The notes beneath the pieces are model-generated. The model saw only the letters and a list, made by a program, of their open reading frames with translations. It was not told the DNA's origin and did not search any database. From Octopus sinensis (Eukaryota): 64,000 nucleotides of DNA. Location of the stretch: assembly GCF_006345805.1 (NCBI RefSeq), contig NC_043008.1, positions 23,932,001-23,996,000 of the forward strand, written 5' to 3'. This document shows, one piece after another, positions 36,561-49,954 of this stretch; positions within the stretch are counted from its first letter, which is position 1; each line of letters begins with the position of its first letter. A program made the translations under genes and the position numbers.

Positions 36561-37568
36561 ATTTATATTTTCGTTTGTATTTTCCTTGTGATTTTAAGTT
36601 GTATATATTTTAATGTTTCTTAAATTAGTTGCTTTGTTGGGAACAGAAAGTTACTTTTACACTGAGTTTTTTTCTCATCAGGGGATATATGTTTATGTTT
36701 TGTTTGTTTCATTTGGTGAGAAATACTTATAATATATACGCATGAAGAAAACGCAATTCTCTCCTGTCTATTTATATCTTTTTGCAATCATTTGCAAAGG
36801 TATATATAATTAACATCTACTAAACAGTAATTGGTAAAATCTGTTTCGTTGAGTGTAATCATTTTATCGAGAACTAGCATATTTGTTTCAGGCGGCTCGG
36901 AATTTTGTAGAATCATATCAAATAGCAGGCATTTTGCTTGTATTATTTTGCCATATATTGTTGAATATGTCAAGGGTTGATCTGGCATGAGCTCTGTTGG
37001 TATACTTACAGGTAATAACATATCGGTGATAAAAACAAACGTTATAATTATATAACATATTTAAGGCAAAATTTAATAAGTTATCGTCGAAGTAATGCGG
37101 AAACTTAAGACGTCTTTAACAAATAGAACAATGCGAAAATTTTCTAATATGTAACATGTTAATTTATACAGTTGTCGCTGGGGGGGGGGGGCTTTGTTTC
37201 TTAGAAAGCAACTTTTAACGATGAACTCAAAGTCTAGATTCCGAAGTGTTCCAGTTTCTTGCTCAAAAGAGTTTTGAAGTGAGTTTGCATGATTTTTTGT
37301 GATTTAAGTTTTCTGATTCTCTACATACAAATTTCTGCGAGGATATTGATGTAGTCCGCATTTGTGAGGAGTCAAATCGTCGATTTTTGTTCGCGAAACA
37401 TTCTTTATATTCGAAATGTATCTCTTTGTGAGTTTTCTTGCGATGACTTCTGTCTCCTAACGAATTTTCAAGTCGTAACCTACTTACCATCTTTGCAGCG
37501 ATATCATTTAAGAAAGGATTTCTAATTTCTAATTTATCTTTTTTTAAGACATCAGAGATTGAAAGTTT

Positions 37569-38357
37569 GGATCTTTTCTTTTTGAACGGCAGTTTTCAAC
37601 ACAATTTTTAGTTAACTAAACACTTTTAAACTTCTGGTAAAATGGTAAAATGTGTCAAAATACTGGTAAAATGCGTCAAAATAAAACATTTTTTCTCTTG
37701 GCTTTCTTGAGAAAATTGTAATTTGTAAGTTTAACGTAGTTTAATTTTTCGAATTTGAACCAATCAATCGATTCTATTGAGCTAAAATCATTTGCTGCGT
37801 CTAAAACTGAGACAACATCCTGTCACTGACCCTAACCCTAACCCTGACACTAACCCTAACCCTAACCCTAAATTTTAGCCTTTCGTTTTTTTTCTTGATT
37901 GTTAAATTAATTTAATTGTTACGCGTGTGTCTAAAATTATTCGTTTTGTTTTTGTTTTTAGTTTTTGTTTTGAGATACCTGTGTATTGTTTAAACTGTTT
38001 TCCATTGCTTAAGAAAAAAAAACGAAAGGCTAAAACAAAAGCAATGGAAAATAATTTAAACAATTAACAAACAAAATAATTCTATAATTTTATACACACG
38101 CTTTCCGAACGTAAATATAACAGTGACAGGATGTTGTCTCAGTTTTAGACGCAGCAAATGATTTTAGCTAAATAGAGGCCATCGATTGGTTAAAATTCGA
38201 AAAATTAAACTACGTTAAACTTACAAATTACAATTTTCTCAAGAAAGCCAAGAGAAAAAATGTTTCATTTTGACACATTCTACCAGTATACGAAGTTTAA
38301 AAGTGTTTAGTTAACTAGAAAATGTGTTGAAAACTGCCGTTCAAAAGGAAAAGATCC
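37569..38357. mobile_element. MITE with ~250-bp TIRs starting GGATC, 8-bp TSD and internal (CCCTAA)n
   Basis: TSD GAAAGTTT at 37561-37568 and 38358-38365; telomere-type hexamers at ~37830-37871; Merlin- or hAT-like. Confidence 0.8.
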
Positions 38358-39231
38358 GAAAGTTTTGACATTAATGTTAGCAGACTGATTCCTTCATAAG
38401 TGGGTTTTATTTTTGCTGCGACAGATACTCTTACTCACTTCTTTACAATCAATTTATTTTATGCCATTTCATATCAAAAAATGTTATAATTGATTCAAAA
38501 CAATGCCAAGATTGTACATCCTTTCCTACGGTTGTTATTACTTTTACCAATTCATTTATTTATCTTAACTGGTTCTAAGTTTATATCCTTTCCATGTAAT
38601 CACTTCTGTTCATTCTGATGGTAATGTAACTGTATTTCTACATATCATCAATTATATTTTACTTAGACTGTCAATGTTGTTGGCAATCGTGATTTCCTCC
38701 TGTATGTTTTTCGTGTATGAAAGTGTAAAAAGGCTATGTATGCAATTAATTACCAATATTTCCTATTTCCTTCAGGGATGCTAGAAAAGGAACAATATGA
38801 ATTAAAGGTTTGAAAAGAAAAAGAAAATAAATAACAAGTATGAAAATAATAGCTGATAAAAAGAAACATCTAACAATAAAATAAATGAAAAAGTGATTAC
38901 TGAATAAATCCTCAAATGGTGGCAGGTGTGAATATCAATTTTGGGAAGCTGTTTCAATTGAAAATTACTATGTCGTCATTCTTTCGAAAGAAATCACAGC
39001 ATCATCTATTTGATTGTGTGTATACTGCTGTTGAAGTAGGTCTCGTTCACATCTATGGACATCTAGAATGCTAGTTTTTTTTTCTTTTCAGTAGCTGTTT
39101 AGAAATTTAAAGATAATTAGAAAATACAGTTGAGTGACATATATGTGCATTCATAAACCGAATTCTAATAACATTTTTAGAATTCTAATAACATTTCAAA
39201 AAATGAGGAGTGAAGTTAAGTGAATTTACAG

Positions 39232-39580
39232 ACCTAACTGATACTTTTTATCGATCCTGAAAAAATGAAAGGTAAAGTCGATCGGCCGAATTTGAACTCG
39301 GAGCGTTATTCGCCGGGAAAAAATTGCTCGATGTGCTGACGATTCTAACAGCTTGCGTTCGTAACAGTAACTGGTTCCAAATTTTGGCACAAGGCCAGCA
39401 AGTACTGGGAGGAAGTAAGTCGATTTTTTCGACTTCAATGCTCAACTAGTACTTCTTTTGTCGATTCCAAAACGATGAAATGCAAAGTCGACAGAATTTG
39501 AACTCAGAACGTAAAGACAGACGAAATGCTGTAAAGTGATTTGCCCGGCGTGGTAACGATTCTGCCAATAAGCCGCCTTA
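39232..39580 (-). mobile_element. Two tandem SINE family 2 copies
   Basis: B box GAGTTCAAATTC occurs twice; homologous to 52025-52258. Confidence 0.7.
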
Positions 39581-39673
39581 ATCTTAATAATAATAGATAT
39601 GACTGACATTTCTTGCACAAAATAATAATTTCAAATGAAAACAAGATTACGAGCGAAAACACACGCGTTCAAC

Positions 39674-39754
<81 letters not shown>

Positions 39755-39757
<3 letters not shown>

Positions 39758-42700
39758 CGGAGATTACACCGGGGACGTTAAACGAGATTACACCGGGGAC
39801 GTTAAACGTGTGAGAGCGATAAAACAGCGCTCCGAAATCTATCCACAAACATCGAATACAAAGACATCGTATGAAGCCAAAAATTTACTGACAAAGGATT
39901 GGACTATATCTGAGTAAGTGATACTCATTGAAATTTATTACTATTTTCGAAACGAAATGATGTATTTTAACTCGATATCATCTCCACCTCGAACACAACA
40001 CATGTAAACATGCGCGGTACATTACGACCCATCAACACCAGATCATCTCCGACCCCAAACACCATGTACAAAAAAACTACGAAGAAATTAAATACCACCG
40101 ATATTATTCAACCCAAGAATAACAATCGGGAAGTACGTACATTAAACTTACAACATAAAATGTACGAAAAACTACACGTGCAAAACAACGTGACAACAGA
40201 AATTAACGGACCGGTACCCTACGAAAATGACGACCGTCAAAATAAAGGGCCGGACGTTGTCCCTCATGTCCCGCAAATAAAACCCAAAAGGCATAAATGG
40301 ACACGTGAGGAATACATTTCTATCCTACATGCTTATTTTACAGCAGTGCTCTACCCAAAGAATGAAAACACAACAACACATACATATAAAATATGGAAGG
40401 AAAACAGCATAAATATAGACTTGGATACGGCAATGAACCCTAACAAACTAGCAAATATACGGAGATATATTCTCAACGCCAAAAAAATATCAGAAATAGA
40501 AATAGAACATCTAAAAGAAAAAATACATCAGGAAAATGTAGATAGAAGCCAGACAACAATGCCCAATAATATAAACACTGAAACAGTAAAACACGAAGAC
40601 AAATGTAACACGACAAACAAACATACAAATAAGAAAGAAAGCGACACAAATCTAAAACCTGGAAACAATGAAGGGGAGCCTAATGAATATGATAATATAA
40701 AAAGTAGAATAATCAAAGAACTGAAAACCACAGAGCTCAAAATGGACTACCGACCATACGTCCCAAAAATCAAAATAGACGAAACAACAACACCAATTAT
40801 AAACAGCATAAACCTAGCCCTCACGGAACTAATAGCCACTGAAACAAAAAGCGATATCACTGAGCTAAATAACTTAGTATACGCAGCAGCCAATGCAGCC
40901 ACAAAAGAAGCTGGATACTAACTCAAACCCGTCCAAACAGGAGTACCACCACCCAAAACAACCCTGTGGATAAATAAGATCCAAAACAAAATACAAAAAA
41001 TAAGAAAAGATCCGTCGATTCTTAATGAAATCAGTAGACAATCAATGATACTGAGCAACAAAAAGAAAACGAAAATACTCCGCAAATACAACATCACACA
41101 AAAAGATTTTACCTGAGGTAAAAGAAAAGCTAAAGCAAGATATCCTTGCCAAAGCACAAAGGATCCGCCGGTACGAGAAACGCCAGCGCTTCTTTGAACA
41201 AAACAAAAAGTTCAACTCCAACCCCATAAGTTCTACCAAGAAGTTGGCAAAAATAAAATAGAAATCATTGCAGCACTAACGGCAGAAGAAGTGGAAGAAT
41301 TCTGGAGAGAAATATGGTCGGCGAACGAACAACCAAAAAAGAAGAATTTTAAAATAACAAACTCAGCATCTGAGCAACTTTGGACCCCCATAACAACTGA
41401 AGAGGTCACCCAGGCACTGCAAAGACTAAGCAACTGGAAGGCACCTGGGCATGACAAGATCCCCAACTTCTGGTTGAAATATCTAACAGGAATGCACAAA
41501 AAGCTGGCTGAAAACTTTAACAACATACTAGCAGAGCCAGAGACAATGCCTGAATGGCTCACGAAGGGGAAAACCATCTTAATTCCCAAATCAAATGAGA
41601 CAGCAAAACCAGAAAACTACAGACCAATAACCTGTCTCCCTACGATGTACAAGGCATTTACTGCAGTGATATCGCAAAGGTTGAACAAACACCTAGACGA
41701 AAACAACCTGTTTCCAGAAGAGCAGAAAGGATGCCGCAAAGGCTCATACGGCTGTAAAGATCAAATAATGATCAATAAAGCCATAACTGAAGACAGCCAC
41801 AGAAAGAAGGCCTCAGTATGGCCTGGATCGACTACAAAAAGGCGTTTGATAGCATCCCCCACACATGGATCCTCGAAACACTAGCCATTAACAAAGTAGC
41901 ACCAACAATTATAAAATTCATAGGGCACTCCATGAATAAATGGCAAACAGTGCTACAGCTCCAAACAAAAGAGGGACTTATGAAAACCAAAGCCATCCCC
42001 ATTAGAAGAGGAATATTCTAGGCAGACACGCTCTCTCCACTCCTTTTCTGCTTGGCACTGTCACTTCTATCTGATATGGTAAATAGAACTGGATGCGGAT
42101 ATAAATTTTACGGCAAAACGATCAGCCACCTTTTATATATGGAGGACCTAAAACTATACGCTGCAAATGACAAACAGCTTGAAACACTATTAAAGACAGT
42201 TCATGGATTTACCAAAGAAATAGATATGAAATTTGGATTAGAAAAATGCGCCAAAGTAACCATGAAAAGAGGAAAACTAGTTAAGAGTAGCAACATCACA
42301 CTAGATAAAACCAATGAAATAAAAGAATTGGACCAAAGCCAAACTTACAAATACTTAGGAATCCATGAACTAGATAAGAAATGAAAGAGAAAATAAAAAA
42401 AGAATATTATAGACGAGTTAGATCAATACTAAAAACAGAGCTCAATGCTAAAAACAAGATAATAGGTATTAACACTTTAGCTGTCCCAGTTATAAGTTAC
42501 AGCTACAATATCCTTAACTGGACACTAAATTAACTGACCAAAATAGATAGGAAAACAAGAAAAATAATGACAGGTTCTAGGATGCATCACCCAAAATCTG
42601 ACATAGAAAGACTATATATACAACGTATAGAAGGTGGTAGAGGCCTTATACAGCTCGAAAACTACTATAAAATAACCACCATAGGACTGCAGAAATATCT

Positions 42701-43850
42701 ACTTCAGAAGCAAGGAAAACTGATACAAATAGCGGCAAAACACGAGCAAAACAAAAAACTGTTCTCAGTATTTAAGGAAACTGACAAATACAAACAAGAA
42801 ATCATACCATCTAACAAATATAAAGAAGAAGAAGAAGAAGAAGAAGAAGAAGAAGAAGAAGAAGAAGAAGAAGAAAGAAGAAGAAGAAGAAGAAGAAGAA
42901 GAAGAAGAAGAAGAAACAACAAAAGCTATAAAACAAATGAAATCCAAACTAAAACTAGAACAGCAAAGAACCATGATAAAACGATGGCAAGAAAAACCCC
43001 TTCACAGTAAATACTGGACTAAACTAAATGCAAAAGAAATAGACAAAGAAAAATCCCAGCAATGGTTGAGAAGCTCAGGACACAAAGCAGAGACAGAGGG
43101 ATTTTTAATTGCAGCACAAGACCAAAGTCTCCCCACCAGAAATTACCAAAAACATGTAATGAAAAGAAATATAAGAAGTAACTGCAGAATATGTGGAGAT
43201 GGACAAGAAACAATAAATCATACTATCTCTGGCTGCCCAGTCCTGGCTAAGAAGGAATATATTCACAGACATGACAGAGTTGGAACCTACATACACTGGA
43301 AGCTATGCCAACATTATGGGATAACAACAGAAAAAAGATGGTATAGGCACACACCAGAAAAGGTCACAGAAAACAAAAAAGCAACCATACTTTGGGATAT
43401 GCCGATACACACAGATAGAGAAATTAAGGCCAACAGACTCACGAAGAGAATCAGAGATCATGAAGAAAAAAAATGCTTTCTAATTGATGTATCAATACCG
43501 GCAGATGACAACGTGTCTCTAAAAGAAATGGAGAAACTTTCAAAATACAAAGACGTGGAAATGGAGGTAACCAGAATGTGGAATCTGAAAACAGAAACAA
43601 TTTCTATCATAGTAGGTGCATTAGGCATGATAAAAAAATATTCAGATAAATACATAACAAAAACACCAGGACTTACAAACACATTTAACATGCAGAAACT
43701 TGCACTACTAGGCACTGCACACATCCTACGCAGAACACTTTCCATACAATAACCATCAGAGCATCACAACAAATCACAGCACATATCTAAGGCACACAGA
43801 GCTGCGCTCGGTAGTGAAGTGAAAGTACGCTATAAAAATAAAACTACTGA
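39755..43850 (+). mobile_element. Apparently full-length but frameshifted Dong/R4 family B in (AAT)n
   Basis: ORF pieces 40010 (KWTREEY), 41291, 41818 (AWIDYKKAFDS), 42052, 42567 and 42937 (CRIC, RHD, RLE); (GAA)n expansion at 42823-42915. Confidence 0.92.
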
Positions 43851-43874
43851 ATAATAATAATAATAATAATAATA

Positions 43875-43936
<62 letters not shown>

Positions 43937-43938
<2 letters not shown>

Positions 43939-44148
43939 GTTTCAAATTTAGCCACAAGGCAGGTTTGTGAGAGGAGCTCAATCAATTAAATGAGCCCTAC
44001 TGTTTAACTGGTACATTTTTATCGACTCCGAAAAAATAATAGGTAAGGTTAATGACGACGGAATTTGAACTCAAAAACGTAAAAGACGGACGAAACACCA
44101 CTAAGCATTTTGCCTTGCACGCTTTCGATTCTGTCAGCTCACCGCCGT
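43937..44148 (-). mobile_element. SINE family 2 with an (ATT)n tail
   Basis: GGCGGTGAGCTGACAGAATCG head, GAGTTCAAATTCC B box, tail CCTTGTGGCTAAATTTGAAACC(ATT)n. Confidence 0.75.
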
Positions 44149-44157
44149 AGACTTAAT

Positions 44158-44832
44158 AGTTGTTACATTTCCTCCACAGAATAATAATTCATTATTTACA
44201 TTTGACGGATATTTGTTCTCATCTCGTTTCGGCTGATATAGTCTCCAGCCTTCATCAGGTGTCTTGGGGAAATTTCGAACCTGGGTTCTCATTATTCCTA
44301 AGGTATTTTTCAATGTTATTATTATTATTCAGGTCACTGCTTGGAATCGAACTCGGAAGCCCGCGCTCTTAACCAATATGCCATATGCCCGTGGACAATT
44401 GCGGAGTTAATTTTTGGGCTTATAAATTTAATATTTTCCTATCCTTCCTTAATACCAGTTTCCATATGCTATTCATATCAGCACTCGGTCTGCTTAGGAG
44501 GTTGTTTTATCCTAGCATATGTGCTGCTTCTTTTAGTTTTCGTATTTTCCAGTGATGTTCTCTGTCTATTATTTTAACTTCATCCCACAGAGGGAGGTGG
44601 TCTTCGTTCTTCCATACAAGATCAGCTGTACCCGATTTGTCAATATCTCGTGTCACAGCTTTGCGATGTTCCTCTACCCTTATTTTGAAGGGGTGGCATG
44701 TTTCGCTTTGTATAACCTTCCACAGCTGCATGGGATGGACCACACGTAGACTTTGGTCATATTCTCTTCTATTGGTGGTTTTACTGGAAGGAAATATTTG
44801 CGAAGTGTTGTATTATTCTTGAATATATTCTT
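44158..44832 (-). mobile_element. Penelope-like 3' fragment (GIY-YIG, tRNA-like module, HHR)
   Basis: ORFs with VWSIPCSCGRLY and RVEEHRKAV..KSGTADLVW..WDEVKIIDREHHWKIRKLKEA; HHR core at 44225-44265. Confidence 0.8.
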
Positions 44833-44835
44833 TGA

Positions 44836-44871
<36 letters not shown>

Positions 44872-44884
44872 TAATAATAATAAT

Positions 44885-45330
44885 AGACAATACGAACAGT
44901 GCGATGCAATTGCCATAGATATTCTATAGCTTGAACGATATTACGATAGCTTGCCTGTCTTTGTCGAGTTCAAAAGGAAAAGTGATACGTAGAAATTCTG
45001 CTGCGCACACCCATTTGGTGTGCGCAGCAGAATGCACCAAACACAACTTGATTTATGCTGGTTGTGCAATAGAACAATTAAACAAATGATTAAATTGGTA
45101 CATATATAACATCAGGCACAATAACAGTAGTACGACAGAACTTGCCGAACATATCACATCAAATGGCTGCAACTTTTAAAATGACTTGAAAGTACACATT
45201 ATCAGAAAATATTCTAAATTTGCTACACTTTCAGTCCTCAAAATGTATGAGGAGAAATATGTTTGGGAGTTATTAACATCACACTCTGAAGAGATGAATA
45301 AAATGACAGGGGAATTTGCAGAAAACTGTT
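44885..45330 (+). mobile_element. Decayed GIY-YIG fragment, Neptune-like PLE
   Basis: Hand translation NLIYAG..EQLNK*LN..TELAEHI..DLKVHII..EEKYVWELLTSHSEEMN. Confidence 0.5.
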
Positions 45331-45630
45331 TGATTAAATATTCTTGTTTTTCATTTTCTTTTTTTCCTCTCTCTTTTTCTTTCTTTTTCTTTTTGCCAAC
45401 TTGAAACTTGAAGAGTGATGATTTCATTCCATCAACGTGAGGACGCTGGTTCTCCTCGTTCAAACTTTGGATTTGAACTTTTATAATTTAAAATTTCTGT
45501 TGTATCACTTTTCATTTGGAACTCCAAAAAGACAGGCAAGCTGTCGAAATATCGTTTAACCAATTGCAATCGCATCGCGCTGTTCGTCTTGTCTATTTAC
45601 CCTTGTGAGGAGTTATGTCAATCCTTTTAA

Positions 45631-45732
<102 letters not shown>

Positions 45733-47235
45733 GATTTCTTTATTGGCCCCAAGTCATCAGGTGAATATTCGGCTGTTATCAGCATCTCCTTGAATCCCAC
45801 ATCGCTGGCCGAAAGATGCAGCATAGCGCCGAGTTAGTAGATGAAATTCACGCGTCTTCTACACCTTGCATGCTTCGTACAGTTCAAATGCCGCTGAAAT
45901 TCAGCAGAAATCAGGTAGGATTTGAATAGTCTACGCCCGTCAAGACCCGTCAAAGATGGAATGTGAATTGTGGACAACTTATGCTACTTTAACCTACAGG
46001 CCTTCAAAATACTTTGTCTGGAAAATTCGATGCTGTTTACCCGTTAGCGTATTCGGAAAATCTAGTCGGTACCTGTCAGCCAATTGGAAGCAACTGAGCA
46101 GCTTTGTAAGGTTTTTACACCTCCCTTTCCTATCGGCTATCCCACCCTATCCAAGTGTGCGTCGAAGATGGCGTTTCAATCACTCACTTGGACTAAAGAG
46201 TTAGACATGTAAAAGGAAAATCTCCAAACGTCTGAAGAAATGTGGCTGCCCCGTTCCTGTCGGGGCGTGCACAGAGACTAGTCTATTCCTCACATTCAGA
46301 ACCACTAACATACTATCCGTGTCCAGGAAGATCGTCCGCACTTCGAGATCCAGGTCTTTTCTAAACAGTGTTACCACCTCACCTCCTATTCCAGGTCGAG
46401 CCAGAGATGCGAAGGTCTCAAAGTCGTCAAAAATGGGGATTAACGTGGGAATATTCGAAGCCCTAATCCTGTTGGCGGCTATTACACTCAAGCGTAGCAA
46501 CATGAGATCACTGAGCAATCGATCTTGCTTCCAGGACGACCACGAACATTTATGCAACCTACTCCAATAATCGCTATGCTGGCTGGAAAGATTTAAGAGA
46601 AAGGAAAAGAGCGGTTTACTTGCTCGCCCGGTGTTGTTGGCACCGGGTGTGTCTGTCTCCAGTTGGGGTTCTCTTTAAAAGTCTGTTGTTGACCTTTTCA
46701 CTAGTAGGGTTTTCACGTCGTAAGGTAAAATCGATCGCCCTAATGATTTTATATGTTGTTAGCGGTAAACGCACTAACACTATCCGTTCCGTGACTTTAG
46801 GAGTGCTTCTGTCATATATCGCACCCTCTCTCTCAATCTATTCATTTCTATCTTCGTTGGCTCTCTTCAAGAGCACAAAATTTGGTGTTTGTGCTGTTGA
46901 CTTCTTTTGTAAGCTTTCATTTTCGGGGTGATGTGTGTTTATGATGGTATTTCTAATGCTAGTTTTAGTAGCGTTGGTTGTGTTGACAGTTGTGGAGTTG
47001 GTGCTATTCGCGTGCATGCTTCGGGAGCGCTCTCTACATCATCCGATGTGTGAGGCAAAGTGTTTTTCCTGCGTTTTCTTTTATATTCTTTAGGCGTATA
47101 GGGTTCCCCTTCTACTTCACTTCGAGGTGTGGAGGAACCATATATAGGCAGATGTATGTTTGTATTTATGCGGGTATCTATGTTTAAGTGCGTGTTTGAG
47201 ATCTGGGTAGACGTAGAGATGGGTTGAAGAACGCC
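45733..47235 (-). mobile_element. Tx1/L1-clade deletion derivative (ORF1 end, APE start, 3' tail)
   Basis: APE-like IIGVGCINVRG..WKQ..GGEVVTLFRK..VSVHAP; tail TTGGGGCCAATAAAGAAAT followed by (ATT)n. Confidence 0.65.
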
Positions 47236-47239
47236 CTTG

Positions 47240-49950
47240 ATGGGCCTCGGTCTATGCCTAATCCAGGTTTTCATCTCAGTCAAAGAGGGGAGCTGTAGAA
47301 GAGCGAGACTGACAAACGGCGACCACACCTGCTCACCGTCATGGAAACTGGAGATGCCGTAGCAACTACAGCATACCCAGGCCTTCATACAGCGGCTCTT
47401 GACAGCAGATGAAAAGCCTTACCAGCGGAACGCGACTCTTCCACAGAAAGCTGAAGAGTATGCGAACTAGCTTGTTCAGCAAACATAAGTGGAAAGGGAC
47501 GACGGTCAGGTGGTAATAGATGACGGATACGATGTACGATTTCGCCACCTCGGATTGGCCTTTGAGGGACAACTTCTATTTCTGGTTGAGATTGGCCATC
47601 CTGTCGTCAACCTCGTCCCAGTTTTTCTCCACCTGGTGGTACGCACCGAACCAGAACCCGAGCAATTTAAATGGACCGTCTGTCCAGCGTCCCACGACAT
47701 TGTTGGACGGCATGGGCTTGCCTCTCCAGTTGCCGAGTTGCAAACCCACTAACTTTTCCGCGTTACTTCTTGCTAATGTCAGCGCTTCATATTCTTTTAG
47801 TTTGTCGCCAATCAGGTTTATGTAGCTGTAGTTCAACACTATCATGGTGACATCGTCGACATAAGCAGACACGCTTCTCCGACATCCTAGATCCTCCAAC
47901 TTCCGCAGCATTGTCTTTAGAGTCAGTACATACAGAAGGAAGGAGATAGGGCACCCTTCACGGATCGAGCGCAATATGCTGAATGGTTCTGATAGGTGAC
48001 CCTTCATCCAAACAATCAAGCAGTTGCCGCTATACAAAGCAGCGATCCAAACGCAGAAAACCGGACCGAACCCGGCTGCCATGAGAACAGCTGCCAAGTA
48101 TTGATGGTCGACCCTATCGGAGGCTTTAGATTTATCTAAATTGATCAGAGCCCCACCCATGCCAGCTTCGTCATTCGCCCTCTCTGTGATGTAGTGCATG
48201 AAGTGGAGGTTGTCGTGAACAGTCCTGGTTGGGATGGAGCATGTTTGTGCTTCACCAATCCGCTTGTTCACGACAAGCGCTAACCATTGGCCCAAATCTT
48301 CAACTCTACATCGAGTAGGGTGATGGGCCTGCAATTCTCTATAATGTCTGCCTTGTTTGGGTCTTCTGTCAGCAGTACCACTACGCCGCGACAAACAAAA
48401 GTGGGAATTCTCCCATTTTGTTGCCAGTTGCGGTAGACGTCTACTAAGATGCCCGCAAGCAAGTCTGGCATCGAAATATAAGGCTTGTTGGGCAGGATAT
48501 CCAAACCCGGCGATCTGCCTCTCTTCATCGCCTCCTGTATTTCCGCCGCTGTTATCGGCCCTTCACAGCGCTCTGCCTCGCTCACCGAGAGTCGCGGCAG
48601 GCCGTCCTTGGTAGACACCAAAGTCTTCCCTGTTATCCGTCCTATCACTCGGACCGAACAATCGAGCTTCTGAAAGGCCGTACACATCTGCTTCGGTTCA
48701 AAGATCTCCCCGAATTGTGGCTTTGTTTCCACGTTTTGCCCCTGCCACTGGGGCCCATCGTGTGGCTTTCGTTCCCTCCCCGCTTAGTGAACGTAACCTT
48801 CGTGTTTGGTGTTTGCTCTGACAACGCAACCTTCGTGTTTGGCGTCAAAAAATTCGTCGAGTGCCAATCTCGCCGCCAACACGTCGGTTGCTATACCTTT
48901 CCTAAATGCCTCATCTAACTTTCTAACTAAATCTCCCCCTTTTCTATTTCTTTCTACCGTTGAAGTCTCAGTAAACCTAATGGATTCTACTCTAATTGCC
49001 CTTTTCAGAACAAACTACCAGTTGTTGACGATTGCCTCCATCAACGCCCTCTTAACTAATACGCTAATCCGGTCTCTGTAATCTTGATACGCCGATAACA
49101 CGGTGTTCAGCTTCCAATAACCGGGACCCTGTTTACGAAGCCTATCTAGGTCGACCGTCCAGATTACGAATTTGTGTCCTGTGTAGCTGACTATGTGAAA
49201 TTGTGGACAATGTATACTATCCTTATCCGTTGGCCTATAGAAAACTCTCTCTAAATACGATATAGATAACACCATGCGATTTGTCCAAGTCCACATTGGC
49301 ACATTCGGGTAATCTAGTCGGTACCTGTCAGACAGTTGAAAACGTCTGAGCAGATATTTGAGGCTTTTGTACCTCTCTCTTCTTATCAAATAGCCCCTCG
49401 CAATCGAAACGTCCATTTAAGGCAGAGTTCCTATCCCCTACTAACACTAAAGATCGAGACGTTCCCAGGAAAATCTCCAGACGCTTGAAGTAATCTGGCC
49501 ACCCTGTCCCTGTTCTGTCAGAGCATAGGAAGCCACCAGTCTGAAGTCACCGCCGTCACTGCTGTTCACATCCTGGCCCACCAACTTGCCTTCTGGATCC
49601 AAGAAGAGTGCCTTTATCTTCAAATCCAGACCTTACCTGAAAAGCACCGCAGTACCACTACCGTCTCCTCCCGGCCGACACGGAGAAAGAAAAGTCTCGT
49701 ATCCACCGAAAAGGGTTATGAGGTCCCGCGGGTCGGAAAGTTTGGTTTCCCTAATAACTGCTACATCTACACTAAGGGACCTCATTTAAAAGGTGACCTT
49801 GTTTCCAAGGTGACCCCAGGCCCGTGACATTTATACAACCTATTCCGAGAGCGACCATGCTGAAAATAAATATTTAGGATGGAGAAGAGCTCTACTTACC
49901 ACTGTTGTCTGGTGGGGTGTCTCCATTGTTCTCTGTCTGGTGGGGATATT
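47240..49950 (-). mobile_element. Tx1/L1-clade LINE ORF2 (APE plus RT), degenerate
   Basis: ATG at 49858 (MVALGIGCINV); GPGYWKLN; SPGLD; RPITLLD; NLDKSKASDRVDH; SIREGCPIS; AYVDDV. Confidence 0.85.
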
Positions 49951-49954
49951 ATTA

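Noticed and set aside
37830-37871. True telomere or chromosome-fusion scar
   Set aside because: Only a few degenerate units, located inside a TSD-flanked MITE.
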